NCBI RefSeq assembly: GCF_009834535.1
Contig: NC_045696.1
Location: forward strand, 74,526,001-74,590,000
DNA: 64,000 bases
Direction of reading: 5' to 3'
From: Camelus ferus
Taxonomy: Eukaryota
Shown: one piece after another, positions 1 through 11,945 of the stretch
How the letters are laid out: the number at the start of each line of letters is the position of its first letter
Position numbering within the stretch: position 1 is the first letter of the stretch
Notes under the pieces: model-generated
Database searches by the model: none
Told to the model about the DNA's origin: nothing
The model's input: the letters and a program-made list of their open reading frames with translations, nothing else
Translations under genes and position numbers: made by a program

Positions 1-149
1 TTAATAAAGGACAAAACAGGAGAAAGTATGGCAGTATGGCAGGTGATGGGGGAAAGAGCCAAAGTCAGTTCTCTTATCTCAGTTTCCACAATAAATATGA
101 ATTAGTTAAATTCTTCTGTTAGAAAACAAAGATACTCTTACAATTTCAA

Positions 150-3100
150 ATATAAATTACAATTATGTTTTTTAAAAGAAATTCATCCAAACAAAATTAT
201 ACAGAAAGCATAATTACACAGAAAATTAGTAATAATGAGATGGGCAAAGCTATACTAGACACAATACTAGATAAAGTAGAATTCAAACCAAAAAGGAGTA
301 AATGGAATATGGACAGTTTACACTGATTACAAGTAAATTTTATATTGAAGATATAAGAACTATGAATTTTTATGCATTGAATATATAACCAAACATAGAA
401 AATAAAAAGTTAAAAGTCCAAAGAAAGGTCTACAGTATGGTAGACCAGGTATCCTTCAGTCTTCTACTGTAAATATTAATATTCAAACACAAATATTGAA
501 CATCTTTTTAAGTGTGTGAATTAGCATTAAACAGCGTAAGAGAAGTTCCCAGAGGCCAAAAATGTGAAGTAGGAACATAAATTCAGAATAAAAACTAACA
601 CTAGCAGCTACCTTAAATTATCTGTTAATGCCATTTACTTGCAGCTAAGGATTTTAACAGTCACATAGTTGATAATAAACAAAGTCTCAGACCTAAAAAA
701 AGTGGAGAGTTAAGTTTTTTAAAATCCAGGGTACTTGAAAGCCCACACTTTAAAGAAGGATAAATTGGGGGAGGGGGGAGTGTGTATTAATTACTGATAA
801 TAGATAAGGATACAGTAACAGAGCAGAAGCTTTGAGGAACTCTAAAAAAAATATATAGAATTGGTTAGGGGAGTTCCCCTAAGAGAATGTGGAACAATGA
901 GCAGTCTTCAGGCAAATTAGGCTATAATTCATACGTGCATGGTCCTAAAAGTATTAAGCCAAGAATTCAATTTAAAGCAGCCCCTCATATTGGTGCCTCC
1001 AGCCATTTGCCCAATATGCATACATACACAAACACACATACATACACACAAACACATACATAAACACATACACACGTGTGTACATTAAACCACACATATG
1101 GCACATAACATATGCACATATATGATACACATACATAAATATACATGTACATAAACACATACACATTCTCTGTAAAGGAATGCTTCTCAAGCCAAGCTTT
1201 AGGAAATTTTCACAGATAAATTTCCTAAAATACTTTAAGTTAAAAATTGGATATCTCACACACTCAAGAAGGGAAACAGTGAGAGTCAGAAAAACAAAAG
1301 ATCATACCTCAAAGACTTGAGAATTATCAGATATAGAATGTAAAAGAGTAATGTTTCATAAAAGAGGGAATTGAAAAATATCATTAAAAGACAAATGATT
1401 GTCAATAGTAACTGGGAAAATTTGAAAAAAATAGAACTTTAAGAAAAAATATAATGATTGCAATTAGTGTCTAAATTTTTGTGTTTTTCAGGTGGATAAA
1501 TATATGTATTAACTTTAGACTAATGAAATATGCATGTTAAATTTTTAAGGGTAATCACAAAAATGACAGAAATAGAATGTATGACTTAACAATCTATTGA
1601 AGGAGAAAAAATAGAAGTAAGGAATTTTTTTAAATGTAGTCATTCCAAAAGATAGTAGAAAAGGAGAAAAATACTTTAGAAAGGTAGACCAAATAGAACA
1701 AAATAAGATGGAGAAATCTATCCACATACATCAGTTATTGTGTAAATTATCCCATCTCTCCAATTAAATGACAAAGATTAGCTGACTAGATTTAAAATAA
1801 AACTAATTCTAGACTGTTTATAAAAGACACACCAGAAACATTAGGACATGAAAAGTCTGAAAGAAAAATCATGGAAAATATATACCAAGTAAACTAACCA
1901 AAGAAAGCTGACATAGCTATTAGCATCAGAAAAAAAACTTTAAGGCAAAAGCAATACTAAAGGCAACAAAGATTTCTAATATAAAAGGCTCAGTTCACAG
2001 GAAGATAAAACCATCCCAAACTTGCATAAGACTGAAAAGATATAATCAAAATGTATAAAGCAAAAATGGATAAAACTAGAAGGAGAAATAAATAACTCTA
2101 CCATTTTAACAGATATTTTAATATACCTCTCTAAGAAATTGGTATCATGCAGAAAGAGATCAGTAAAAACACAGAGGATTTAATCTAGTGGCCAAATATA
2201 AAACACTCCACACAACTGCAGAATATACATCCTTTCCAGACACACCTAGAACAGTTACCAAATTCGATCATGGCATACAGCTAGTCTCAACACATTTCAA
2301 AGAATTTGTTTCATGTAAATCATGTTCTCTGGCCACAGTGCAAAACTCCATGTATTTGGTCATTTAAAAACGCTCTTCAGAATAACTCATGACCTCAAAA
2401 TAGATTGTAATGGAAATTAATAAATTCTTCCAACTGAGTAGTGCCAAAATTCTATAAAATGAAACTTGCAGAATATTGATAAAGCAATACATGTAAGTAT
2501 TAGATACATGTACATACTTACTTTAGGAGAGGAGACTGAACATTGGTAGATTAAGCATCAACGTAAGACGACTAAAAAGTTAGAGAACAATGAACCCAAA
2601 GAAAATAGGAAGGAAGGAATAACAGTAACAGTAGCAGCAGAAGTAAATAGAAAACATATAATAGAGAGGAACAAGAAAGCCAAAAACAGGGTTTAAGATG
2701 AATAAAATTGATAAACTTCTGATAATGTTGGTTAAGAAAAAAGAGAAAAGGCACAAATAAGTACTATTAAAAGGGAAATGGGAGGCATATCTGAAGATGA
2801 AACAGACTTAAGGTGGTTTAAAAAAAAAGTCAGAAGTTGAAAAATTTAGAGAAATGAAATAATTCTCAGTAGAATATAATTTACCAGTACTGACTCAGGA
2901 AGAAATATGCAACCTGAATTGTCCTATGACCATTAAATAAATTGAATCATTAAAAGTCTTCCCAGCAGCCAGAGACAGGTTTACAAATTTTCTAGCAACC
3001 AGGAATATAAATATGGAAAAAAAAAAAAAAGTTCAGCATCATTAGTGGCCACTGTGGCAAAAAGAATTATTTTTTTTTTAATGACAATACTCAGTATTAG

Positions 3101-3400
3101 TGGAAGAATGGACTTCTGTGATATTTCAGAAAGGCAATTTCAGAATATACCAAAAGCTTCCAAATGTTTGTGCCTTTTGACCCAGCAACTTAATAATCCT
3201 AGAGAAATAATGACTCTTGCATAAAGATACATGCCCAAGGATATTTGATACAAATTTTTATAATAGCAATAGTAGGAGAAGGTGAAATGTATTGAGATAA
3301 ATCTGTATAATGGGATACCACAGGGTCATTAAAATGATGTAATAGTTGTATATTTATTGACACGTGTTAATGTCCATAATTAAAGGTTAAACAGTCACAT
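150..3400 (+). mobile_element. Ancient degenerate L1 (L1M-type) fragments, including an ORF2 endonuclease remnant and a 3' region
   Basis: A-rich strand bias. Decayed endonuclease-region sequence at ~1700-2950 (e.g. atggaaaatatataccaag...aagaaagctgacatagctat) with no intact frame. Confidence 0.7.
1014..1165. repeat. Degenerate (CA)/(TA) low-complexity repeat
   Basis: Runs of acacacata/tacataca. Confidence 0.85.
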
Positions 3401-3439
3401 ACAGTAAAGTTCCACTTCCACAATAATGAAATAATACTC

Positions 3440-3605
3440 AATAACTGCTAGCTATTACAGTTATGTTCCAGCTACTCTGCTAAATATTTTGTAAGTATTA
3501 TGAAATTTACTCCTCACAACTACCCTATGAGGTAATATTTGACTCCTTTTTATGGATGAGAAAACTGGAGCTCAGAGATGGAAGTAACTGGGCCTAAGAC
3601 TGAGT
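3440..3605 (-). mobile_element. MIR SINE
   Basis: Reverse MIR core cctcacaactaccctatgaggt...gatgagaaaactggagctcagaga. Confidence 0.75.
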
Positions 3606-3898
3606 GTTCATGAGCAGTGGGTTTTATACATACACCTAGGGGAAAAACCTAAATTAAGATACATCAGAGTGCTCCCAGTTATTATATCTAGATAGTAGAA
3701 TAAGTAGGGTTATTTTTTTTTTTTGTTCATCTATTTTTTCTCTAATTTGCCTACCAGGAAACAGTTTTACATAATTTAAAAAAATATTTTTAAAGTATTT
3801 TATTTTAAAAAAATCAACCCCAAAACAAAAGCCCAAATGAAATAAAAGCTCTGTCCTCTCATACTTTGAGTTTAAGGAATACTCTAAAATACCCTCTT

Positions 3899-4046
3899 GG
3901 TGGGGAGTATATAGCTCAGTGGTAGAGAAAATGTTTAGCATTCATGAGGTCCTGGGTTCAATCCCCAGTGTCTCCATTTAAAGAATAAATAAATAAAACT
4001 AATTACCCCCCAAAAAAAATTTTTTTAATAAAATAGTTGCTTAAAA
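3899..4046 (+). mobile_element. tRNA-Ala(AGC)-derived SINE, like camelid Vic-1
   Basis: A box TAGCTCAGTGG 3912-3922, TTAGCAT loop, B box GGTTCAATCC 3955-3964, then an (AAAT)n/A-rich tail. A second copy lies at 5136. Confidence 0.8.
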
Positions 4047-4467
4047 ATCCTTCAACACTCACTTATTCTAGTTTGAAAGATCTGGGTGATCCCTAATTTA
4101 AATACATTTTAATCCTTGTATTTCCTGCCATCTGGGCAGTTAGTAGGCTCTGGGGAGTTCCCCATACAAAAACAGCATGTTTATAGTTTATTATCATTAA
4201 ATACTTAGTTAAAATGTGGGACTACAATTATCTCTGAAAACAACCTTTTAATTATTCAAATGCCATGACAGCACAGCTTAGATGCAACAATTGACCTTTA
4301 CATTTCTCTTGAGTCAGCAATGTTCTTCATATTCTAAATATTCTTTTAAAAAATAAATCACAAGCTCTGTCTCCAAGGGAAAAAAAGGAAGGGGGCCCTA
4401 ATGCAGTTTTGTCCTTAAAGGACTTAAACAGGGTTGTTTGTGCTTGACTAGTTAGCAGCATCCATTA

Positions 4468-4926
4468 GTTTTTTTTTTCTATTTTTTTAAATTGAATGTT
4501 AGTCAGTTTACAATGTTGTGTCAATTTCTGGTGTACAGCATGTTTCACTCATACACATACATACATATATTCTTTTTCACTATAGGTTACTACAAGGTGT
4601 TGAATATAGTTCCTTGTGATATACAGTATAAACTTGTATACCTATTTTATATAGACTAGATAGTACCTGCAAATTTCAAACTCCCAATTTATCCCTTCCC
4701 ACTCCCTTTACCCCCTGATAACCATTAAGTTTGTTTTCTGTGTCTGAGTCTGTTTTGTTGATAAGTGTGTCTTTTTTTTTAATATTCCACATATTAGTGA
4801 TACCATATGATATTTTTCTTTCTCTTTCTGGCTTACTGCACTTAATATGACAATCTCCAGATCCATCTGTGTTGCTGCAAATGGCATTATTTTATTCTTT
4901 TTTATGGTTGAGTAGTATTCCTGTGT

Positions 4927-4968
<42 letters not shown>

Positions 4969-5063
4969 ATGTACACACATACATGTATGCCACAACTTCT
5001 TTATCCAGTCATCTGTCAGTGGACATTTAGGTTGTTTCCATGTCTTGGCTATTATAAATAGTG
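4468..5063 (-). mobile_element. 5'-truncated young L1 3' end with a 14-bp TSD
   Basis: Poly(T) at 4469, L1 ORF2 C-terminal remnant (KNKIMPFAATQMDLEIVILSAVSQKEK), and TSD AGCAGCATCCATTA at 4454-4467 and 5064-5077. Contains a (TG)n tract at ~4922-4966. Confidence 0.93.
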
Positions 5064-5135
5064 AGCAGCATCCATTATTGATTGATATTTTGTGTCACAT
5101 CTCTTTGGATTTTAATCATACAAGAAAAGTGTTTT

Positions 5136-5289
5136 GGGGAGAGTATAGTTAAGTGGTAAGCATGTGCTTAGCCTGCACAAGGTCCTGGGTTCAATCCCTG
5201 GTACTGCCATTAAATAAATAAATAAATAAAAACCTAAGACCTCCCCCACCAAAATTTTTTTAAATAAATTGAAATGTGAAATTATTTTT
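5136..5289 (+). mobile_element. tRNA-derived SINE, like Vic-1, second copy
   Basis: A and B box remnants, (AAAT)n tail, and probable TSD AAAGTGTTTT at 5126-5135 and 5290-5299. Confidence 0.82.
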
Positions 5290-5814
5290 AAAGTGTTTTT
5301 ATTAATAAAAAAAAATAACATCACCTAACTGTGGTGTTACTCTTCACAGTTTACAGAGAAAGTTCCCAAAATTTGGAAATGAAAAAAGATTATTTGATTT
5401 GGTGACATCACACCCCTAAGGAGTGGTGGCACCAGGACAGGAGTCCACGTCTTGTGACTTCTAGTCTATAATACTTCTCAATAATCCAAAAAAATTCCTC
5501 CCAAGTGACTGAGTTCCTTGAGGTCAAGAACCATCTTTTTTTTTAGGTTTGTAATCCAAGAACAAAGCATGGACCTAGAATCTAAAATTTAATATGTGTT
5601 GAATTTATTTGAGCTACCCAGTCTATTCTCTGCCTGTTTTCCTATAGACAGACTTTTCAGTTAGTCTTTTTAAAAGCCACAATTGCCAAGAAAAATATGT
5701 TCTTGCATCCAGAGTCTAAGAAATCATTTCAAAATAAGGCATAGTTCTCTGAACATGGACTATAAGAAAACACAAGCCATTTGACATCTCACCAGTTGTG
5801 GCGGGACTAATCTG

Positions 5815-6005
5815 ATGATAGTACAGTGAAGAAGCACAGGCTGGAGTCAGGGAGACCTCTGTTCAGATCTCAGTTGTGCATGCTGAGTCGTTGCCCTTGG
5901 GCAAGTTATTTAAGCTCTGTGACGCCAGCTTCCTTGTTTATAAAAATAGAAATAATGCACATAAGCCCATTTGAGGAATTAAATGAGAGTGCAAGAAAGG
6001 GTACA
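5815..6005 (+). mobile_element. MIR SINE
   Basis: ctggagtcag...cttgggcaagttatttaagctct...gaggaattaaatgag. Confidence 0.75.
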
Positions 6006-6189
6006 TCTCAGTAAGGTAGGGGAATCGTTCATTCACAACTGGTATTTGTTGCATAAACAAATAGGCAGTAGGTCTCTTGGCTAGCGTTTCAATTAATGGG
6101 CAGAACTTGCTAGGGCGAGAGTGAAAAAAACCTCGTGGAATCTTCTACTGCCCATTCAAACCCCATTTGTGATCTAGCCTCTGACTGAA

Positions 6190-6570
6190 ATAAAGGAAAT
6201 TTAGTGACTCACAGCTCTGGAAATAAGTCTGAAATCAAGGAGCTGGCAGGGCCATGCTCCCCCTTAATCCTCCAGGGTGGATCCTTCCTTGCTTCTTCCT
6301 GTTTCTGGAAGCCCCAGGTGTTCTTTGGCTTGTGGTAGCATAACTCCAGTCTCTCCCCCAGCTTCACATGTTCTTCTTCCCTCTGTGTCTGTGTCTAAAT
6401 TCCCTTCTTCTTATAGGGACATCAGTGATACTGGATTAAGGGTCCACCATAAGAACCTCATCCGAACTTGATTACATCTGCAAAGGCTCATTTTCAGATA
6501 CGATCACACTCACAGATACCAGAGGCTAGGACTCCACCATATCTTTTGGGAAAACACAATTCAACCTAAA
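6190..6570 (-). mobile_element. MaLR LTR (MLT1B/C-like)
   Basis: ctcacagctctgga...aagtctgaaatcaagg...cttataggacatcagt...cacaattcaacc. Confidence 0.8.
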
Positions 6571-7849
6571 AGAGTTCCATCAATTTTGCAGTCTAAGATG
6601 ATAAAAAGTCCTCCAGACATTTTTGGTCTCAAGAACAGTGTTGTTTCAATAACTAAGATATCCAGTCCTCTCTAATAATTGTGTGCCTCCTTCCATATTT
6701 ACAATTTAGAGCTCCTTGCCTCCCTGAACTAGGAGCACCTTCAGGCCTGATCCTTTGTAGTGGAGAAGCCACCAGGAGAATGTTCTCTCTCCCGGCTCTA
6801 CTCCCTCCACTTCAGCTCAGTAGTCAGAGTTTCCGAGCCCTCCGGGGTAGGACCACAGCAGTGAGGACTAGGGGAAGGAGCCTAGCTTTATTTACATTGC
6901 AGGTGCTGGCATGCCCTGCACGGGTGTTTTCTGTGTCCAGTGAATGTTTAACACGAGCACATCCTCTCATGTTCTGCTTGTGTGGGTCTCTCAGAGATTC
7001 GTGCTGGGAATAGCCAGCTGCAGTTCCAATGACAAGGTCACCAATCCTCAACCTTCCAGGAAGTCCTTTGGGGTGGAATTTAAGATGGCTCCAGGTTGGC
7101 TCCCCGCCTGGTGGCCCAGACCTGGTCATTAGAAACACACATCCTTGGCCATTCATTTTATGGAAATGCTGTCCCCAGCCCCTTCAAATTAGCCATATAA
7201 GGATCCTAATCCTGTAAGGATTACAGGCTGAATCTTGGGGGGTATATATATAGAGAGAGGGAGAGAAATTTTATTTATGTTTACAAAACTATTCCTTTTA
7301 CAAGTCCTGCACAGGTAGTCATGCACCTGTTGTTTCATTCTTTTTTCCTTTCCTTTTCTTGGAACCACAGCCAAAACTTCAACTGAAAGAGTCCCATTTT
7401 AACATTCCATCGCAGTTTCCTTCATTCCTGATAGAGACGAAGCTGAATGCAGTATCAGTGACCTTGTGTTTCTAAACAGAATGAACTTGGTTTGTCTCAG
7501 AAAATTAAGTGACAAGAGACAAGCAGAAGGGCTCTGTTCTGCTCTTTTCTCCAACCAAGACAATATTTGCCAAGCAACAACCTTGATTGATCCTTAACGT
7601 TAAAGACAAGTTAAAGCTGCAGAGCAGGATGAGGGAAACAAGGTTGCATTAATGAAAAAGGTGTAAGGACAGGAATTAGGAGCTGTGGGTCTGGCCCTGG
7701 GTTGGTTATTAACTAGCTACTGACCTTGTAGAAGTCACTTATGAACGTCAAATAAGTTAGTACACTTGAAAGCTCTTTAGAAATTATATATATTCAGGGT
7801 GGCAATACTGTTATATTGTTGCTTTCAGTAAGAAGCAATGTAGTTTTGT

Positions 7850-9715
7850 CACTAAATCCTTCTATTTTCTTCACTTAGAAAATCTCTGACTCAGTCTTTT
7901 CTCTCTGTTCCCATTGCAATCACCCTCGTCTCAACCTAAATTTCTACAATAGCCTCCTAATTTGTCTCTCTTCTCCCCAGTCCTGCCCCCCACATTTCAT
8001 CCCCATAGGGAAAGGTTGACTAGATGCTCCTGAGGCTTCTTTCTTCCTGTTGTGATGCTCAGGTTCTATGAGATAATAAACAGGAAAAGAAAACATGGCT
8101 GTCCCTTTCCCTACCTCATTCTATCCCTAGCCTTGGCTATAATTCAGATAAGGCACTTGGCTTAACGGCTCACTGTAAGATAGATAAATAAGTAGATAGA
8201 CAGGTGGGTGGATAGTTATAAATGCATAAAACTGAGGGGAAAAAAACAGTTAAGCAAAGGTGGGGATTTTCCAGCTACTTCATAGTTGCAGTAACTCCAC
8301 AAACACACCAAAGATGGTTGTATTTACTGTTACAACACGACTGTGTGTATGTGTTTACTCTCACTTGCTCTCAATCTGTGGCAATTTGGCTTCCACCCCT
8401 GTTCTATGGACATTGCTCTGGACAAAATCCTCAGGTCTCCATTACTGTCCACACTCATAGGTGCCCTTTAGCCTAATTTAACCTCTTTGCAGCATTTCAC
8501 GTCGTCAGACACTTCCCCCACTTAAGGGTTCTCTTCCTTTGGATTTTCTGAACCCATCCTCTTTCTCCTTCTCAAGTGAGTTCTTCCTCCTCTGCCTTTT
8601 CTTGTTGCTGATGTTCCCTGGGCTGCAACCCTGGGCAGCCTGCTCTCCTCTCCCGACACCTCTCACTGGGTGAGTGCATCCTCCCGTGTGATTCATCACC
8701 ACTCACACGCTGATGACTCCAAAATCCACATGCGCGGCTCTGACATTCCTCCTGAGACCCAGACTCACAGCCTACTCATCATCTGTGCTCAGTCATACCA
8801 AAGACACTTTCAGCCACACATATCCAGATCTGAGCTCTTAACTATAACCCTACTTCACCTCTTCTATTCTTTAACTCAGGGACTAGAATCTCCCAAGTGA
8901 AAAGCCTCGTATCTCTCTGTTTCTTTCTATCTGCCTCTCTTTCCTTCTCCCCCCACACCCCCTCCACACACAACATCTATCTCTCCTCCAACACCTAATC
9001 AGACACCAAGTCCTCTCTCTCAAATCCACCCATTTCTCTCCATCTCCCCTGCCAACACACTACTCTGGTCATCGTCACTTCTTAAACAGACAGTGACCTT
9101 GTAATTGTCTCCCTGCCTCCAGAGTGGAGACTGGACTGCCCCTACTCACTCCATTCTCTTCATTTCAGGGAAAGTAGTCTTTCTAAAACACAGATCTGAA
9201 TGATGACTTCCCACTGCTCTTATAGAATAGAGTCCAAACTCATGGTCCTAGTTTCATAAGGTCCTTCATGATTTGAACCATACTTGCCTCAACATCCGCA
9301 ACTCTGACTCCCAGCTTGATGTCTACACTGGCATCGTAATACCTTGTGAGTTCCCAGAATAGGCCATGTTATCTTCCTTCTAGCTTTTGCACATGCTGTC
9401 TCTCCTATCAGAAATGTCCTTTCCTCACCCCATTACCTGGCTAGCTTCTGTTCACTCTTAGTCTCAGTTGGCTTCCCCTGCTTCTAGAAAAGATCCCTGA
9501 ACTCTTAAGTCTAGGTTGGGTTCCCCTCCTCTTTGTTTCAGACCACCTCCCCCCCTTATCTTGCAGCCCTGAGTTGCACTGATCTGTGCCCCACCAGACC
9601 GCACACCGAGGCAGGATTAGCGTCTGTCTTGTTCACTGGTCTACCCTAGTGACTAGACCATTGCCTGTTACAGAGCAGGCTTGCCAATAATTTTGCTGCC
9701 CGAGTGAATTAAATG
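7850..9715 (+). mobile_element. L2 LINE fragments
   Basis: Pyrimidine-rich L2 motifs (gctgatgactccaaaatc, ctcctgagacccagactc) and an L2-type 3' end near 9650-9715. Confidence 0.7.
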
Positions 9716-10934
9716 TGCAAGTATATATAGTAAATTACTTTGCAAAGATCCTACCCCTCAGATTTTATGAGTTACCTCAATGGAAGAGGTTACATATGAA
9801 AAAATCCATTTTATAAAGACATTAGAAAAGCAATACTATCTTGTCTAAGTATCTTTTTAAACAGTGTTGTTCCTGGCCTTTTAAAGTGTGTTCCTAATTA
9901 CATAACAGCTCCTGAGAGCAATGCAGGTATTCTCATTTGTTAAAGTCCAGCAGATCTTGCCGGGACAATCTAATAATTGAAAACAGATGACTGTCAATCT
10001 ACCTATAACCTCCTCTACATTTTTCATTAGGTTCTGTAGAAAAGAGCGTTCCAACAGCAGATTTTCTCCTGAGCCCATAGAGTGTCTGAACTGGCATTTT
10101 ACTGGGCTTCGCTTCTGTGCTTTGATACTGAGAATGAGGCAGCTGCTGCCAAGACCCTAGATCCAATGCCTAGCATCCTTGGCAGAGAAAATATTTCTCT
10201 AGTTCTAGCCAAATAAATCCTCGCAGGCCAATAAATCAATACACAAGGAGAATGTGTGATAATTTTGACCATCTGGCATTTTTTTTAAGGCACCAGTGAG
10301 TATGACAGAAACTGCCTACCTCCACAGTAGCTATGAACTCCACAGCTAGCTGGATGTTAGCTCAAGGTGGCGTGAACACTGTCCCCTCCCCACGTGACAA
10401 CACCACCCTGACCCAGGGAGGGGATGCTCCCAGCAGCTCTTCAGAATCCTTGCCTTGCCATTGAGTCACCCGGTTGATTTCAGGGTTAAGGAAAGCATCT
10501 TCCACCGTTCTCCTTCCTAGTACCCTCTTAAGATGGCAGACTGGGTCACAGTGGTTGCCCTGGTGTGAAGACCATCAGGTGGTCAAAAGAGAAAATCAAA
10601 ATATCAGTGCAATATGATCAATACAAAATGAGTGAATTTTTAATCTGACTTTTCCTGTCGAAATGACAGGCCTAGGTTTTCTTCCTTAGATATCCTGACA
10701 GGATGGGGGAGGGGTGGTTTCCACCGTGGAAGGCAGTGTCTACCTGGGCATTAGATATGCAGTTAAATTCTTTATCACCAGGAAATACTGTTACAGAGGA
10801 AACTGCTTCTAAAACAGTCCCTCTGGTGGCCTTGCCCTGCATTGAAGGAATGCAGTGGAGGAAAGAACCAATTTACATGTCAGTTTACAAAGGTTGCCTT
10901 AGTTATAGGTTTGAAAGCTTCCCAGGGTGAGCTT

Positions 10935-11140
10935 TATGTTTTGAACCCAGTGCTTTATGTTTTTCAAGACACTCAGAGCTCATAGCAGCCCTACCAGTAA
11001 GTGTTACTCCCATTTTAATGTGGGAAAACTGGGACAAAGAGATTCGGTGACCTACTCAAGGTCGCACCACTATTAGGTGGCGGAACTGGGATAATGACCA
11101 GGTCTAACCCCAGAACTCCTGCTCTTAATCGCTATTCCCA
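10935..11140 (-). mobile_element. MIR SINE
   Basis: cccattttaatgtgggaaaactggg...gacctactcaaggtcgcac. Confidence 0.7.
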
Positions 11141-11945
11141 GCATAAAGAGTGTTTGCATGTTTTGCAGGCCCTGAACCAGCTACAGAACTTTAAAGTTGT
11201 TGGTGACCAGAAAATAATTCTTTTATCAAAGATTTTTCTCTCATTTATGTTATTTTAAAAGCCACAACAATGAGAGAAAATCAAAAAGTTGGGGAGGAAA
11301 GATCAGAAAATACCCAGAAATCCTACTGCACTAAGAAAGTAACTGTTTCCACTTTTTCATGTTTCTCCCAGTCTTTGTCCAACCTGTATACATAATTATA
11401 CATAGTTTCAAAAGCCATTGTAAATGACTAGTTACTACTGAAATGGTAAATACGTCAAGTTGCCTTCTGAAAAACATACAAAAATTATTTTAATTCTCCC
11501 TTCCACATTCTGGGTTTCATTTCCCCTTCTGGAACAACAACAACAAAATCTTGACGAATTCTGATTCACACAGCAGATGTGAGGCTCAGAGAACCTGCTG
11601 GCGAATTGGAGACGAGTCTCACTGGAAACAATCACATAAAAACAATGTGTGGTAATTTCCTATCCCTGATAGCTTCTAAGGATGTTATACCAGATTTATC
11701 CCACCGAACAGCTCTGTCTCAGGTGCTCATGCTCTGGGTCTCTAGATCAGCATTTTCCAAGCTATGTTCTAGAGAACCCTAACACCGTAGCACACACACA
11801 TGCACACACACGCTTGCACGTGAGTTTCAAGGTAATTAACATTTAGGGATTACTGCTTATATACCCCTCTTAGAGATTTTTAAATGCACATTAGTATGTG
11901 AAGATCCCAAGAAGTCATGCAGAAAGAAACCTGCTCACTTTTGTC

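Noticed and set aside
3899..3976. Functional tRNA-Ala(AGC) gene
   Set aside because: The anticodon stem is disrupted and an (AAAT)n SINE tail follows. A related diverged copy with a TSD lies at 5136, so it is a SINE.
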